Below are positions 1 through 11,894 of a stretch of 64,000 nt of DNA, piece after piece. The stretch comes from Naegleria gruberi (taxonomy: Eukaryota): the NCBI GenBank assembly GCA_000004985.1, contig GG738891.1; one strand, given 5' to 3'. Below the pieces are notes generated by a model, which made no database searches, was not told the DNA's origin, and worked only from the letters and a program-made list of their open reading frames with translations. A program made the position numbers and the translations under genes. How positions within the stretch are numbered: position 1 is the first letter of the stretch; the number at the start of each line of letters is the position of its first letter.

Positions 1-1250
1 CCTACTAAATTGGTAGAGTTTGGAGCCCGCAATTGAACAACCAGACTATTTTCATTCATTCCATCAATATATTTTCCAATCACAGCAACATGATGTTTAA
101 AGTATTGATCTCCAACACGAGAGGATGCTAGATTCATGGCATCTACAAGTTTTGGATTGGATTCAGAGAGTGGCTTCATTCTACTCTTTGTTAAACTTGA
201 CAATACAATTCCATTAACACAAATCAATGCCACAAATTTTTCCAAATCATTTCCCTTTGTGAACATGTTGGTAATGTCGTTCTTGTATGTTTCATCCTCG
301 AGAAAATGTTGAAGTAAATGTTTGTTTGCAAAAAAGTGAGAAAGTAATGAGAGTGATCTCTTTTCTCTCAAAACAATAGCTCTAGTTTGATTCATGTCAG
401 GAGATTTTTGGAATCTGTCAGCAGTACTGACCTCTCTTGAAGATTTACTAGCAAGAGCGGCCAATTCCTCAAAAGAAATGTGAGCTGATGTACTTTGGAA
501 TGCCTTAATATTATCAATCACAATTCTAATAATATTAAACTCCTTGGTTTGAGTTGAAGCCTTGTAGAAAGTCTCTGCCAAACGGGGAGGAGAGCCAGCC
601 TTGAAAATTAATGACATGAGCTCTAAAGCAGGTTCACTAAGATTATTATTCTTTGAGAGGGATAGCTTGAAAATATTCTTGACAAAGTTCTATATTATTA
701 TTAATTTCACGAAATTTCTCACATTTCAACATACCTGATTGTAAAATTCCTCCATAGCAATTCTTTCCTTCAATAAAGTTTTGATATCAGTGAGGAGAGA
801 AACAATTCTAGCCTCATCTGTTGCAGACAAGTCGTCCTCATTGAAATTTCCTTTCGACATCCATTCAAAGTACTCATTCTCTCTAATTGTTACTTGAGCC
901 TTTTCCAATAGATATTTAATACCATACCAAATACAAGTAAAGACAACACCAGTTACGATAGTGCTTGGTCCTGATGATTCTTGTTGATTTGATTGAGTAT
1001 TATATTCGGAATATTCTTCTTGTTTTTGTTCTTGTTGTTGTTGTTGCTGTTGTCTAAAAAGCCTTTCCTTTTCCCTTTCGTAGGCTTGTTGTTCTTGATC
1101 ATTTTCAAACATTCTAGAAAGTAATTTTGCATTACTAGTTCCCAACATTCTAAAATGTTCCTTTCCGATATTAATCATTGTTTTCCTATTATTCACATTT
1201 CTATTTACAAAATTAACAAGTGAACGACTCGATAAAACACTTCTTTTCAT
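1..1250 (-). CDS. Hypothetical protein, 5'-complete, 3' end runs off the window. Exon 1 is 735..1250, intron 690..734 (45 nt, GTATGT...AG), exon 2 is <1..689.
   Basis: The ATG at 1250 sits in an A-rich context. Exon 1 encodes a Q-rich stretch and ends ...EEFYNQ immediately followed by GTATGT on the minus strand. After the AG at 690 the frame stays open for ~690 nt to the window edge (…NFVKNIFKLSLSKNN…GKYIDGMNENSLVVQLRAPNSTNLV). No family recognised. Confidence 0.5.
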
Positions 1251-1661
1251 TTTTTATAATAATTATTATTTTTAAAAATAGTTTCATTCCTATCTTGATT
1301 TGCTAATGGAATTTTGATAGGTTTTCATTGTAACACTAAGGAGATATTGAAGTCTTAATCTTCCAGGAGCCCCTGAATTCATATAATGAATCCTCGTAGC
1401 TGATCAAAAACATGTTCTGCTATTTTTTTAAGATAATTTAAAAACCTTTTCCCGCCAACAACTACACAAACTTTAAATTTTAAAAAATTAAAAAATATTC
1501 ACAACATCGATCAAGATGTTGTCAAAAGTAAAAGTATCCAATGATTTTAATATTATTTGTAAAGCAAGTAAAGCTATTTAAAGCGAAAATCGAATCCTAA
1601 CTCCACAAAAACTCCAAACAAACCCTTTCGCCCTTTTCTTCTTAAAATATATGGAAAAAAA

Positions 1662-4149
1662 ATGAACGATCAACTACCATCCAAACCATTCACTTCCTCC
1701 ACGACAACTACCACGAGTGCTCTCTCCATTACTTCATCATCATCGGCGGCTACGACCACCACCACCTCTGGATCATCTTCTTCGAATAGCTATAGCAATC
1801 AGTCAATGATGTTCACACCATCGGGTCCAACAAGGACACAATCAGCAGGCAATTTTCAAGAAGGTTTTCATGTTGGTGGTGATTATGGTAGTGGTAACAA
1901 CAATGGAGTCACAAGGGCCACTTTTACATCATCCACTAGTGCTAATAATATGAAAGCACCCTCTCGTTTACCAACAGGAAATATCAATCATCAAAATATA
2001 CCAACACCAAATTTCTTCTCGTCAACCATTCCGACTGGCAGCCAGTTTGTTCCTCACACTCAACAAATGTTTATGACAAATAATGAAAAGATTGAAAGGT
2101 TAATCAAGACTACTTTCCAAACACAACAATTGGGACTTACAAAGACAATATCTTTCCTTCATAATATTTGTGGTATTGAAGAATCATATCAACAGAAAAT
2201 TGCCACTGAATGTGCAAGTAGTAATTTTGAAGTGCATTTTCCTGGTGAAATAGGACAAGTACTTGCTTCTTGTCGTTCCTTCTTTTATAAGAATGCAAAG
2301 AGCTCTGAAAGATTTGCTCAAGATGTGAAAACTTGTCTCTGTGACCCTCTATCACAAATTAACAAGGATATTTCGAAAAAGAAAAAGATGATTACCCAAA
2401 CACACGAAGCCATTTGTAAATCCCATCAAAATTCACTCAGTCAGCTTCAAAGTAAGAAGAAAACAAATGAATCAAAGAGACAAAATTTGGAAAATGCAGA
2501 AAAGAAATGGAAAATGTCTCTTGCTCAATCCCAATCCGAAAAAACATCAGCAAAGGAATCATTTTTCAGTTCTTTAATCGATCGTCAACTCAATCCTGAA
2601 CAGACCAAAGCCAAATGTACGTATATGTTTTCACAATATCATTTACATTGTTTTTAAAGACGAACAAAGCTTGGAAGAATATTCCGAGAGTGAAATCGAA
2701 CTTCAACAAACTAAACAAAAATACGAGACACTGGTAAAGACAACACTTCATCCACAATGTAAAACAATTGCTGAAAAGACAGCTGAACAATATGTTGAAA
2801 CTGGAACAATTCTTCATCTCTATATTCAACATTTAACTAAATTATTAGAAGCAAGAGTTACAGAAGCTCAAAATAATTTGGCAGCTTTTAGAGAAATTGT
2901 TGACGGTATGAATGTCGAGGATATTGAACAAACATTGGTACAATTAGATGCCACACTCGATGAAGAACCAAAAAAGAAACGAGAAACACCTTCCCCTAAC
3001 ACTACCTCCCCACATTCAGAGAGACCAAGACCAAGTAATGCGACTCCAATTTTTTCTGTATATAGCCAAGAACGAGATGAAAATACTGTCTTTTTTGATG
3101 AAATGCTTAGTGAAATTATTACAATGGATGAGAGTGATGAACCAAGTTTCCACAAATCACCAACCACTTCACCTATCTCACCATCCAATGATGCAAGAAC
3201 TTCACTTCCTATTGATGAAGATCAATCATTACCGAATCAAGAAAACCCATCATCTGAAGATCAAGAGCAACCTTCATCTCCAAGTCAAGAACAAGGTACT
3301 CTTGGCTCTCCAATAGAAGAACCAAGCGAGCCAATTATTCCTAAAAAACGACCAACCATACACAAAGAATCAAATGTAGATAACAGCCCACAATTTGTAA
3401 AATATATGAACAGACTTACACAAGCTAAGGAAAAAATCAACACATCAGAAGAGTGCAGAATTGCATTTTGTAAAGTACTCAACCAAAAACGATCCAAAGC
3501 ATGCTTTAAGAAATTCTTCTACTTCCAAGATTTGGCAGAGCTCATTGGAGATTGTTTGAGTTTGGCCCACACACAAAATGATAGAAATGTTGGAAGATTA
3601 TTGCTTAACATGACACAAACATTCTACTATTATGGAATAGACTATCCTCCACTTGAAGAAGAAAAGGACAAACCAAAAGAAAAGAAGAAAATATTTGTCT
3701 ACTCTATTTTGGATGATATGCCATGCTGGCAAGATTTGAGATTTTGGGAATTTTGTTTATATGACGGTCTCAACACTGAGAAACTTAGTAGAGTTTCAAA
3801 TAATAATACCGCTCTGACAGAGGAACAAATGCAAGCAGAGCATGAAAATATAGTCTTTGGATTATTGAGCAGTTTTTGCTTTACAATGAATGAAATGCAC
3901 ATTCCACAGGACATTATCAGAAAGTTTGCAGAAAAGATGTGTGATATTAACTCTCTAAATGAAGATTACAGAACCATGATCATGTCTGTTGTTGCCCCTG
4001 AAAACAATGAATCTTCTGAACCAGAACACCATGTGAAAATGTCTCGATACAGATCCAAACGTCAGGGTGTTCTCATGACTGACGAACAATTATCTCAACT
4101 TCGAAATGATATCCGAAGGGAAAGTATTGTTGACATTAATGATGAATAA
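1662..4149 (+). CDS. Coiled-coil protein with an N-terminal S/T-rich region and a possible BAR/F-BAR-like helical domain. The two listed ORFs are joined by a 43-nt intron (2617..2659, GTACGT...AAAG).
   Basis: ORF 1662..2657 ends ...NPEQTKAK followed by GTACGT. ORF 2671..4149 is in frame +1. A phase-1 splice at 2616/2660 gives ...KAK-Y-EQSLEEYSESEIELQQ..., an uninterrupted coiled coil. The C-terminal ~250 aa is a conserved-looking alpha-helical domain of unknown family. BAR-like assignment is weak. Confidence 0.55.
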
Positions 4150-4232
4150 TTTTCCACTACTCCAATTTTTCACACAATAAATTCGAACATGAAATAGCAC
4201 ATGTCACACCATATGATAAACTTTACAATAAA

Positions 4233-4967
4233 ATGCATCTTGGAATGGTCATTGCCAACTCGAAGTTCCAATCAAATTCCGATAGCAAAAAAATGTCTCA
4301 ACTCATTCTTCGTACTTTTGGTTTTCTCTATGTGATTTTATCCCTCATTACAATGATTACACCAAATATGGTGGCCAATTCGTTTTTCCAACAATATTTC
4401 CACCATCTAGATATTGATAATTATTCTCTGATTATTATGGATTTGTTCCGATTGATTGGAGTTTTTGTTTTTATTAGTGGCGCCTTGATGATTGGAATTT
4501 CGAGAAGCAAGTTGGAATCTTTGACATTTTTCAATGTGGCCTTTATGATTTTCTCAGTGATTGGTTTGCTTTATTCGGTATTTCATGCAGTGTTGAGTAG
4601 GGAATTTCGTTGGAAGTTTACATCATCAGCTTGTTTGGTGATTGTCTTTCTTGCTCAGGTCATTTCAATGGGATATTCAATGTTTGCCTCGTCGAGGAGA
4701 AGAAATCAACACAGCACCTCATTGCCATCTTCGAATAGTTATAGTATGGGTTTTAACAATCAATCATCAACTCCTTACAATCCAAATATTCACACAAATT
4801 ATTATAATGCACAACCACAAATGCATCAACAACAATATCAACAAGCTTCTTGGAATACTAATAGTAGTGCTTTTGGACAAAGTTACAATGGATTTAATAA
4901 TGGTGGAGGATTTGGTCAATCTGGCTTTGACACCTCTTTTGGTTCGGATATGAGAAAGAGAGTTTAA
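4233..4967 (+). CDS. Small polytopic membrane protein (about 4 TM helices) with a Q/N/Y-rich C-terminal tail.
   Basis: ATG in AAAATG context. Hydrophobic segments FGFLYVILSLITMI, LIGVFVFISGALMIGI, FFNVAFMIFSVIGLLYSVF and ACLVIVFLAQVISMGYSMF. The tail is low-complexity NQSSTPYNPN…QQQYQQ. Confidence 0.5.
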   Translation: MHLGMVIANSKFQSNSDSKKMSQLILRTFGFLYVILSLITMITPNMVANSFFQQYFHHLDIDNYSLIIMDLFRLIGVFVFISGALMIGISRSKLESLTFFNVAFMIFSVIGLLYSVFHAVLSREFRWKFTSSACLVIVFLAQVISMGYSMFASSRRRNQHSTSLPSSNSYSMGFNNQSSTPYNPNIHTNYYNAQPQMHQQQYQQASWNTNSSAFGQSYNGFNNGGGFGQSGFDTSFGSDMRKRV

Positions 4968-5167
4968 TCTTCCATGATGGAATAAACAATGGTATAATAA
5001 TAGAAATCATAGTATTTAATTATGAATTAGGTTTATTTAGGATTGCTCTTTCGGAATAATTTCAAAATTGTGTGATAAACATTAGATATTCATCACAACC
5101 AATCATGGATTGGTATTGGACGATTTGTATGTGTGGATCGTCGTACCCTGTACAAACAGACAAGTTA

Positions 5168-6331
5168 TTATTTGTTATGTAGGAGGAGTGATGGATTAGA
5201 TATGGAGCTTTGAAGGTGGCTTTCAAGGAATTGATCAAATTCTCTCGAATCCATAAACCTCACAAAGACATCATGCAAATTACCCATACAATCATCAAGC
5301 ATTGATTTGTGAAGTGCCTTGTAATAGTTAAGTGTTGCTGCTTCGAGTGATATCTTTGGCATTTCTACCTTGTTAGTAGGAATAATGGCAGCATTGGTTG
5401 ATTCAACATTTGAATTTGTTGCTGTTGTTTCTGTTGTTGATGGTGTTTGACTCAATGTTTCTTCCTCTATTGTAATTTGTTCACTTGTTGATTCTGCAGC
5501 TATGGTCGATGGAGCTGTTGAAGAGTCAATTGTTGAAGAGGTTGTTGAAGAGTCAATTGTTGCAGTTGACTTTTCGGTGAGATCTGTTATTGTGGTAATT
5601 GTTGTTGCTGTATCTTGGTTCATTCCTTCAAGTCTTGGTGTTGTTGTGTAGGCAAATTCCTCGATACCTCCTTTCCTTCTCTTGGACAAGACAGCAAAGG
5701 TACAAAAACCAATATTCATCTCATAATCTGACCCAGAACTTAGGTATTCCTCTTCCACTCGTTCCATATCAGTAATGAATTTCTCTGTTTCTGTCATGTT
5801 TCTTTCGTCTGGTTTCTTCTTTAACAGAAGGTGTGAAACAGAATTTGTCTTGGCTTGCATATCATCACAATTGATGGTCAGCAAGACTTTTAACAAATCT
5901 AAATTTTCATGGCTATACTCCTTTTTAGAGAATTTGTATAAGAATTCAAAACCAACTGGATCAAACAAGACATCAGATAAATGATATTGTCCAGCATTGG
6001 CAGGTCTAACAGCAGCACTCGTAGCTCTTCCACTTCTATTGATGATATTTGTTTGTGAACCTGGTGAATCGAGTGCACTTTCCAACAGTGAAGAATTGGA
6101 CGAAAATTGGGTACTGTTTTGTTTGGCAATGCTGCTCTTTCGTGATGACTGCAATTTGGTCATGAGTTTAGTACCTAAAATCCTCTTTGCAAGACTGGCA
6201 TTATGATATGGATTTGGAGCTGATATGGAAGATCCATCAATTGACTGTGAATCTATGGATAATCTCGGTAAATGGCTCTTCTTTTCCAAAGGTTCTTCAT
6301 TAGAACGTTGTTGACTCAGGCAATTTCCCAT
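5168..6331 (-). CDS. RGS (regulator of G-protein signalling) domain protein, probably N-myristoylated/palmitoylated (MGNCLS), with a T/S-rich C-terminus.
   Basis: N-terminus MGNCLSQ matches the Gly2 myristoylation / Cys palmitoylation consensus. The stretch LSDVLFDPVGFEFLYKFSKKEYSHENLDLLKVLL matches the RGS-box core (F..FL..E.S.ENL.FW). The tail carries TIDSSTTSSTIDSSTAPST repeats. Confidence 0.65.
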   Translation of the reverse strand: MGNCLSQQRSNEEPLEKKSHLPRLSIDSQSIDGSSISAPNPYHNASLAKRILGTKLMTKLQSSRKSSIAKQNSTQFSSNSSLLESALDSPGSQTNIINRSGRATSAAVRPANAGQYHLSDVLFDPVGFEFLYKFSKKEYSHENLDLLKVLLTINCDDMQAKTNSVSHLLLKKKPDERNMTETEKFITDMERVEEEYLSSGSDYEMNIGFCTFAVLSKRRKGGIEEFAYTTTPRLEGMNQDTATTITTITDLTEKSTATIDSSTTSSTIDSSTAPSTIAAESTSEQITIEEETLSQTPSTTETTATNSNVESTNAAIIPTNKVEMPKISLEAATLNYYKALHKSMLDDCMGNLHDVFVRFMDSREFDQFLESHLQSSISNPSLLLHNK

Positions 6332-7724
6332 ACTTTCAACAGTTATAAATATTATTGAAACCTTTCAGATAAGTTAGAAGCAGTGGTAGTAGTTAAATAT
6401 ATATCAAACAGCTAGCAACTAGTTGTTGTCAATGTATTTTGTTATTGTTTGTGTGTTTTAGAGAATTTGAAAAAGGTTAACTTTTGCTTCTCACAAATTC
6501 AAGAGAGAGATAGATTGATATATTCGGACAATCAAACAACCCTTCAAAGGATGACTCGAAACAAACACACTCTCTGCAATATTTACTATAGTAGATATGC
6601 AAATAATCTTCTCTTATGCTGAATAGAGATGATGATGACGATTCAAAAAATCGGCCGCGCTTTAATGAACCAACAAACAATTGAGAATGTAATAACATGG
6701 TACGTGGTTTCTGTTGTTGTGAGGGTTTTTGTGCTTTTTTTTTTGTTGTGTTAAGCAACCAAGCCTTTGTGATTGTTTTCGAATCTTTCGGATGTTTGGG
6801 CAATTTCAAAGATGGTAGTGATTTGTGCTTTTGGAAATTTGAAGAGATGTTAAAGAACATGCAAAGCTTTGAAAGGTCTAATATTGAGAATAGTTTAGTT
6901 TCTAATAATTTGAAGATTGCAATGTTATACAACAGAGACAATATTCAATATCATCACTGATGAATAGTCTTTTTCACATTGAGTAGCACAGCAAGTAACA
7001 AAAACAGCGTACCAATCCTTGCCTTTACAAATAAAGGTGAGATTGAGGGCTGCCGAATTAGCAGAAATGATGCAAAAATTTCTGTTTCCAAAGAAAGAAG
7101 CTATTGGAAAATCTGAATTTCCTTTGGCTCGAATTTTCTTCGCTTGTTGTTCGTCAATTCCTTTTCAAATTCATTAGCAAACTTTGTTCGGAAAAGATTG
7201 TTCAATTTTTTTAACTGTCGGAATGATTTGAGAAATCATTGCAATAAATGATTCGAATTTGAGAGGTTTAAGTTGGTCACGAATAGATGATATTTACTAA
7301 AACACACTACCACACGAATACCTTCTTTAAAGAGCAATTTAAATTGCGAATAAGAAATGGATGGTACAGTTTCGAATGGTCAGGAATATACAGTTGCAAT
7401 CTACAGTTTTCAAATGCTCTTCCACTTGTTTCTTCCTTTATAAATTAATATTAATATCGTTGTGATAATAATTTTTGAAATGAATCACTTGAAAATTGTT
7501 TGTCATCCACATTTTTAAAAAGGGTAAAACAACGTCTAATTCACTTCTGAAAGGAAAATTACATAAAAAAAATACAAACAAATTGTTGGGAGGAGGAGAA
7601 TATATCTTTTCTTGTAAAACAGTTGGATTTGAAAAAGGACGAGCAGAAGAAAGAGAGGAATTGTTAACAATTCGGATTAAAGTAATCATCATCATCATAC
7701 TATTGTACTATTATTGTTATAAAA

Positions 7725-8675
7725 ATGTTGAGATGTTGTTGTTATCAGTGTGGTCCTCTGGTGGATCACGCCCTCCAACAGAAAAACAAATTCTTTTATG
7801 GATCAACAACGAGAGAGAGTGAAGCCTTTGAGAAAATGTTCAAATCGAGGAAGGAAAATACATCAAGACATTCCGATGAATATTTTCAAAATGATGATGA
7901 AAGACACGTTTTTGAAATTTATGTACCCATGTTAGATGAAAATATGTTTGGTGGACTGCCAACACTGTTTGATAAGGAGACTTATCCACTTACTTATTTG
8001 GGGTTACCTAAAACAGCTAAGAATAGCAATATGAATGAGGATGGATTTGTAATGAATAATAATAATAATAATAATATGGATGTCGCTCAGCAGCAATCTG
8101 GAGAGGGCAGTGTGAAATTCATTTTCAATCATTCTGCTTTTGAAAATTCATGTACTTTGGGAATCCCCAATAATGTCAATTTGAAAACCATTCTCACATC
8201 TGAGGAAGAACAAGTGGAATTATTGAGACAAATTGTCTTTGAAAATATTAAACAACATGAATGGAGATATTGCATAACGAATATTAATGCTGGTATCAGT
8301 CACTCATTTCCATGTCCTGGAAAGGTCGGTTCTGCTCTTACATTTGCTCCATTTACTTGTGGGTTGAGTATCCTGCCTATTTTCTTATTGAGCAATTATT
8401 ACATTTCTGAAGCAATGAGAAGAATCAACATGTACCTTGGCAAGGTCAATAAGAGCCTCTTGGATAGAGCTAAGGAAAAGAATCTGGACTTTTATTTACA
8501 TTTCCAAGTGGTAAGACAAGAGAAATCAGGGATCAGCTGGGTGCAGGTCAATGCATTGGCAACAAGAGGAAGTGAGGCTGAGAGTCGTCTTTCCTTCTCA
8601 AATGAGCACGTTATTGCACAAAGACAATTAATTGATGAGGATGAAGAGGATATGCAATCAATAGAATTAAAGTAA
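7725..8675 (+). CDS. Hypothetical protein with a Cys-rich N-terminus (MLRCCCYQCGP).
   Basis: ATG in AAAAATG context, 316 aa, poly-N tract, no recognisable domain. Sits in a divergent intergenic region relative to the RGS gene at 6331. Confidence 0.4.
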   Translation: MLRCCCYQCGPLVDHALQQKNKFFYGSTTRESEAFEKMFKSRKENTSRHSDEYFQNDDERHVFEIYVPMLDENMFGGLPTLFDKETYPLTYLGLPKTAKNSNMNEDGFVMNNNNNNNMDVAQQQSGEGSVKFIFNHSAFENSCTLGIPNNVNLKTILTSEEEQVELLRQIVFENIKQHEWRYCITNINAGISHSFPCPGKVGSALTFAPFTCGLSILPIFLLSNYYISEAMRRINMYLGKVNKSLLDRAKEKNLDFYLHFQVVRQEKSGISWVQVNALATRGSEAESRLSFSNEHVIAQRQLIDEDEEDMQSIELK

Positions 8676-8781
8676 ATGTATTATTTCAGAATTAAAAAGA
8701 TTACCTCTGCATGATGATACTGAATATTCACTTTGATCATTGTTTTTGGATGAAAAATTTTACGGAGGGAATTTATTCACG

Positions 8782-10914
8782 ATGTATGAGCTGAAGAACT
8801 TGAATGAGACTCAAAGCACCATCACATCTACTCAACTGAGCTCAACTGTTTCCAGTATTTCATCTGTTAGCTCTACTATTGGATACCTAGATTCTTCTAC
8901 TCGATCAACTGTTGTAGAATATTTTCTGGTTACATTACAAAAAGCCGATTTGAATAATGTTCAATTATCAACTGAAGATTTTCAAACAAGTTTATCTTCA
9001 CTTTCCTCCATTGAAAATCAATTTATTTCATCTGTAGAGAGGAGATTAACTGTCACCAGAAAATTTACTAAAATCATTAATATTTACAATGTGTTAACTC
9101 AAATGAAATCTAAAAACTTGATAGAAGATTCATCACCAATTAAGATAATTGGAAAGGTCTATAAATCGTATTCCAATTATATCAAGAGTTCAACAGTACA
9201 AGATTTAATATTTGATGATGAAACAATTATGCAGTCAAATGGATTGCCATCATCCAGCATTGTAACAGTTAAAAGTTATTACAATGAATTAGTTTCAAGT
9301 GATTTCAAGTATTCAAAAGTTTTAGAGTTTACCCTCTACGATGTGAATACCAACCATGCAATTGAGAATCTAAATGTAAATTCACAATTTTTTATTCCAT
9401 TCACTTTAAAAAGATCATATGTTTCAAGCAATTGTAAATTTCAAAGCTACTCAGGAGAATTCATACAAAACTATTGTACGACATTTACAGACAATTCTGG
9501 TTTCCTATCACTTAATGTGTCCAGAACTGGTGTTTATCTATTGGAATATCAACAAGTTGCAGAGATTACACCTCTTCCACCAACAGCAAGTACAAGTCAA
9601 CAAACTGTCAAATTGTCCACAACCAGCAGTGACCCTTTAATTATTGGATTATCTGTAGGATTACCTGTCGCTTCCTTGTTTGTCGTTAGTATTGTTATAA
9701 TCATAGGTTTAATTATTATTTTGAGGAAGAATAGAAATTCCAAATCATTAGTTGAAGAAAGTCAAAATGAAAGAAATTACTTTGATAAATTGAAATCTCA
9801 AAAGGAAATGGAAATACCCACCATAGATATTGAATTGAAAGATAATGCCGATTTTATTGAAATTGAGGAATCTTGGTCACATAATGAAGGTCCATTATTG
9901 ATTCCATCAGATGAGATCTCAATTGTTTCAAAGCTAGGAAGTGGAGGGTTTGGAAAGGTGTACAAAAGTGAATATACACCAAGAGGAAAGGAAAAGAGAT
10001 TTGTTGCAATTAAGAGTATAAACGATGAAGACTCGATATTGTCTAACTCTACTTCAAATCCTTCCTCTTCATCAAGTCAAACCATTTCAACTGAAGCTCT
10101 GCTGATGTGTTCACTAGATCATGAAAATATTGTGAAATGTTTTGGAGTTTCTATAAAGGATGGCATTCAATTTATTGTAATGGAATATGTGGATGGTGGA
10201 AGCTTACAAGATTTGATACATGAATTGAAAAATGGAAGAAAAGTAATGGATTTGGATGAAAAAATCAAAATATTGTTACATATTTGTCATGGAATTAATT
10301 ATTTACATAATTTACCAAGACCAATAGTTCACAGAGATTTGAAACCTGGAAATTGTTTATTAACCAGATCGACAATGTGTTGTAAATTATGTGATTTTGG
10401 CTTATCAAAAGCATTTTCAAATTCATCAATTAACTCAATGACAAACAACATTGGGACTTTATTCTATATGAGTAACGAAATTATTGAAGGAATGGTCAAG
10501 AAGGAATTCGCCAAAGCCATTGATTGTTACAGCTTCTCAATTTTGATGTGGGAACTGCTGTTTGAAGAGAATCCTTACATTTACAAGAATATAGGAAAGT
10601 TATTCTTTGAAAGAGATTTTGAGGGTTCAGGATATTCTGGCTTGGTTGGTTTTAATATATTGCCAAGAGTTATGAGTGGGTTGAGGCCAGTGATTCCCTT
10701 CCAAAACGATAGACAATTATGTAAATTGTGGACCCAAAAGTTTATTCATTCCAAATTTACAAATGAGAGTATTGTTGAATGTTTATTGAAGATGAAGGAC
10801 TTGATGGAATCTTGTTGGCAACCAACTCCAGAAAAAAGACCAAGCTTTGCATCTGTGATTAAAACACTGAACGACATTAGAAATACGTTGCGTTTGAACA
10901 AACAGTGTGTTTAA
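8782..10914 (+). CDS. Single-pass transmembrane protein kinase (TKL-like). It has an S/T-rich N-terminal region, one TM helix and a C-terminal kinase domain.
   Basis: First in-frame ATG is at 8782; the ORF-track start at 8740 is TTG. TM helix LIIGLSVGLPVASLFVVSIVIIIGLIIIL followed by basic RKNRNSK. Kinase motifs GSGGFGKVYK, VAIKS, HRDLKPGNCLL, DFGLS, MWELL. No signal peptide detected, so an upstream exon is possible. Confidence 0.75.
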   Translation: MYELKNLNETQSTITSTQLSSTVSSISSVSSTIGYLDSSTRSTVVEYFLVTLQKADLNNVQLSTEDFQTSLSSLSSIENQFISSVERRLTVTRKFTKIINIYNVLTQMKSKNLIEDSSPIKIIGKVYKSYSNYIKSSTVQDLIFDDETIMQSNGLPSSSIVTVKSYYNELVSSDFKYSKVLEFTLYDVNTNHAIENLNVNSQFFIPFTLKRSYVSSNCKFQSYSGEFIQNYCTTFTDNSGFLSLNVSRTGVYLLEYQQVAEITPLPPTASTSQQTVKLSTTSSDPLIIGLSVGLPVASLFVVSIVIIIGLIIILRKNRNSKSLVEESQNERNYFDKLKSQKEMEIPTIDIELKDNADFIEIEESWSHNEGPLLIPSDEISIVSKLGSGGFGKVYKSEYTPRGKEKRFVAIKSINDEDSILSNSTSNPSSSSSQTISTEALLMCSLDHENIVKCFGVSIKDGIQFIVMEYVDGGSLQDLIHELKNGRKVMDLDEKIKILLHICHGINYLHNLPRPIVHRDLKPGNCLLTRSTMCCKLCDFGLSKAFSNSSINSMTNNIGTLFYMSNEIIEGMVKKEFAKAIDCYSFSILMWELLFEENPYIYKNIGKLFFERDFEGSGYSGLVGFNILPRVMSGLRPVIPFQNDRQLCKLWTQKFIHSKFTNESIVECLLKMKDLMESCWQPTPEKRPSFASVIKTLNDIRNTLRLNKQCV

Positions 10915-11111
10915 TAGTTTAAGCATCTTGAAGTGGACCCTTGTAACAAATCAATACAATGTTTATATTTAATAATATTCAATGCTAGCTGTTTAACATA
11001 ATTTATTCAATATTGCAATGGTTGAACTTTGAAATCCGAGTTCAGTTTCATTGTAATCATTTTTCTTCTCTTTAAATATTGTAAACAGTTCAACAAAAAG
11101 AACCAAAAAAA

Positions 11112-11894
11112 ATGTCTCAACACCTCTCCACAAACATTGACGAATTCATAAAGAAAGGCTACAAGGGATGGTATTATAGCAAAATCCCATCATTCCGTCC
11201 TGGACGTTCCATCCTCTCCACCTATGAATTATTTTCATTCCGAGAATTGCCTTTTATTCATTTCCTTGATGAGGATTATAAAGCCTTTGTTGAAAGATAT
11301 AATTTGGAGGAGAATGAGACACAAGATGATGATGAAATAGTTCTTTCTTATAGTAGTAATAGTAGAACAAACACTTCTTTGGAATTAATACCTCCAAAGA
11401 TTGTTCATCTTTATGAAAATAGCAATATAATTGCAAAATATTTAAAATCGGAAATTACTACGTTTTATGTATCGGAAGGAAGTGTTGTTCGTTTGAAACG
11501 ATATGAGGATTTGGATTTGTATATTCTTCCCTTTTTTAAAGATGCTATTGGTGTGATGAATTGGTATGCCCTGTATGATTTGAAGAAGAGTAGTGGAGTG
11601 GGAAGTTTTATGCATCCCGTGGTTGTTTCTGGTTTTCCAGAGGATTTATCAATGCTGGATTTGAATGATTTAGATTTGGTTTCAATGAATGTTCATGAAT
11701 TTATTGGAAGAATGCTTTTGGAAGGTCATTTGGCAAGAGAAATGAAACGTGTTAATGGAGATGTTCAAGCTCTTGTGAATCCATTGTGTCGTGAATATGT
11801 AGAACATTATTTGAGAATTCAGAAAAGAAGGAGTGAAACCATATTTATTGGAAATGAGCATGTTGGCAATTTTAGTGATGTGAGCTTTGCTTAA
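11112..11894 (+). CDS. Hypothetical protein.
   Basis: ATG in AAAAAATG context, 260 aa, no recognised motif. Its 3' end overlaps the convergent dioxygenase gene by 23 nt. Confidence 0.45.
   Translation: MSQHLSTNIDEFIKKGYKGWYYSKIPSFRPGRSILSTYELFSFRELPFIHFLDEDYKAFVERYNLEENETQDDDEIVLSYSSNSRTNTSLELIPPKIVHLYENSNIIAKYLKSEITTFYVSEGSVVRLKRYEDLDLYILPFFKDAIGVMNWYALYDLKKSSGVGSFMHPVVVSGFPEDLSMLDLNDLDLVSMNVHEFIGRMLLEGHLAREMKRVNGDVQALVNPLCREYVEHYLRIQKRRSETIFIGNEHVGNFSDVSFA

Noticed and set aside
6477-6941. 154-aa minus-strand ORF in the RGS / 7725 intergenic region.
   Set aside because: No ATG-context support and a low-complexity translation. It overlaps a T-rich promoter-like region and a divergent-promoter placement is more plausible. 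Kept at low probability only.
8672-8689. GTAAAT…TTTCAG immediately after the stop of ORF 7725..8675, suggesting a splice into the kinase gene at 8740.
   Set aside because: Only 18 nt, and the resulting frame hits a stop 7 codons later. The two genes are treated as separate. The kinase may still have an undetected signal-peptide exon.
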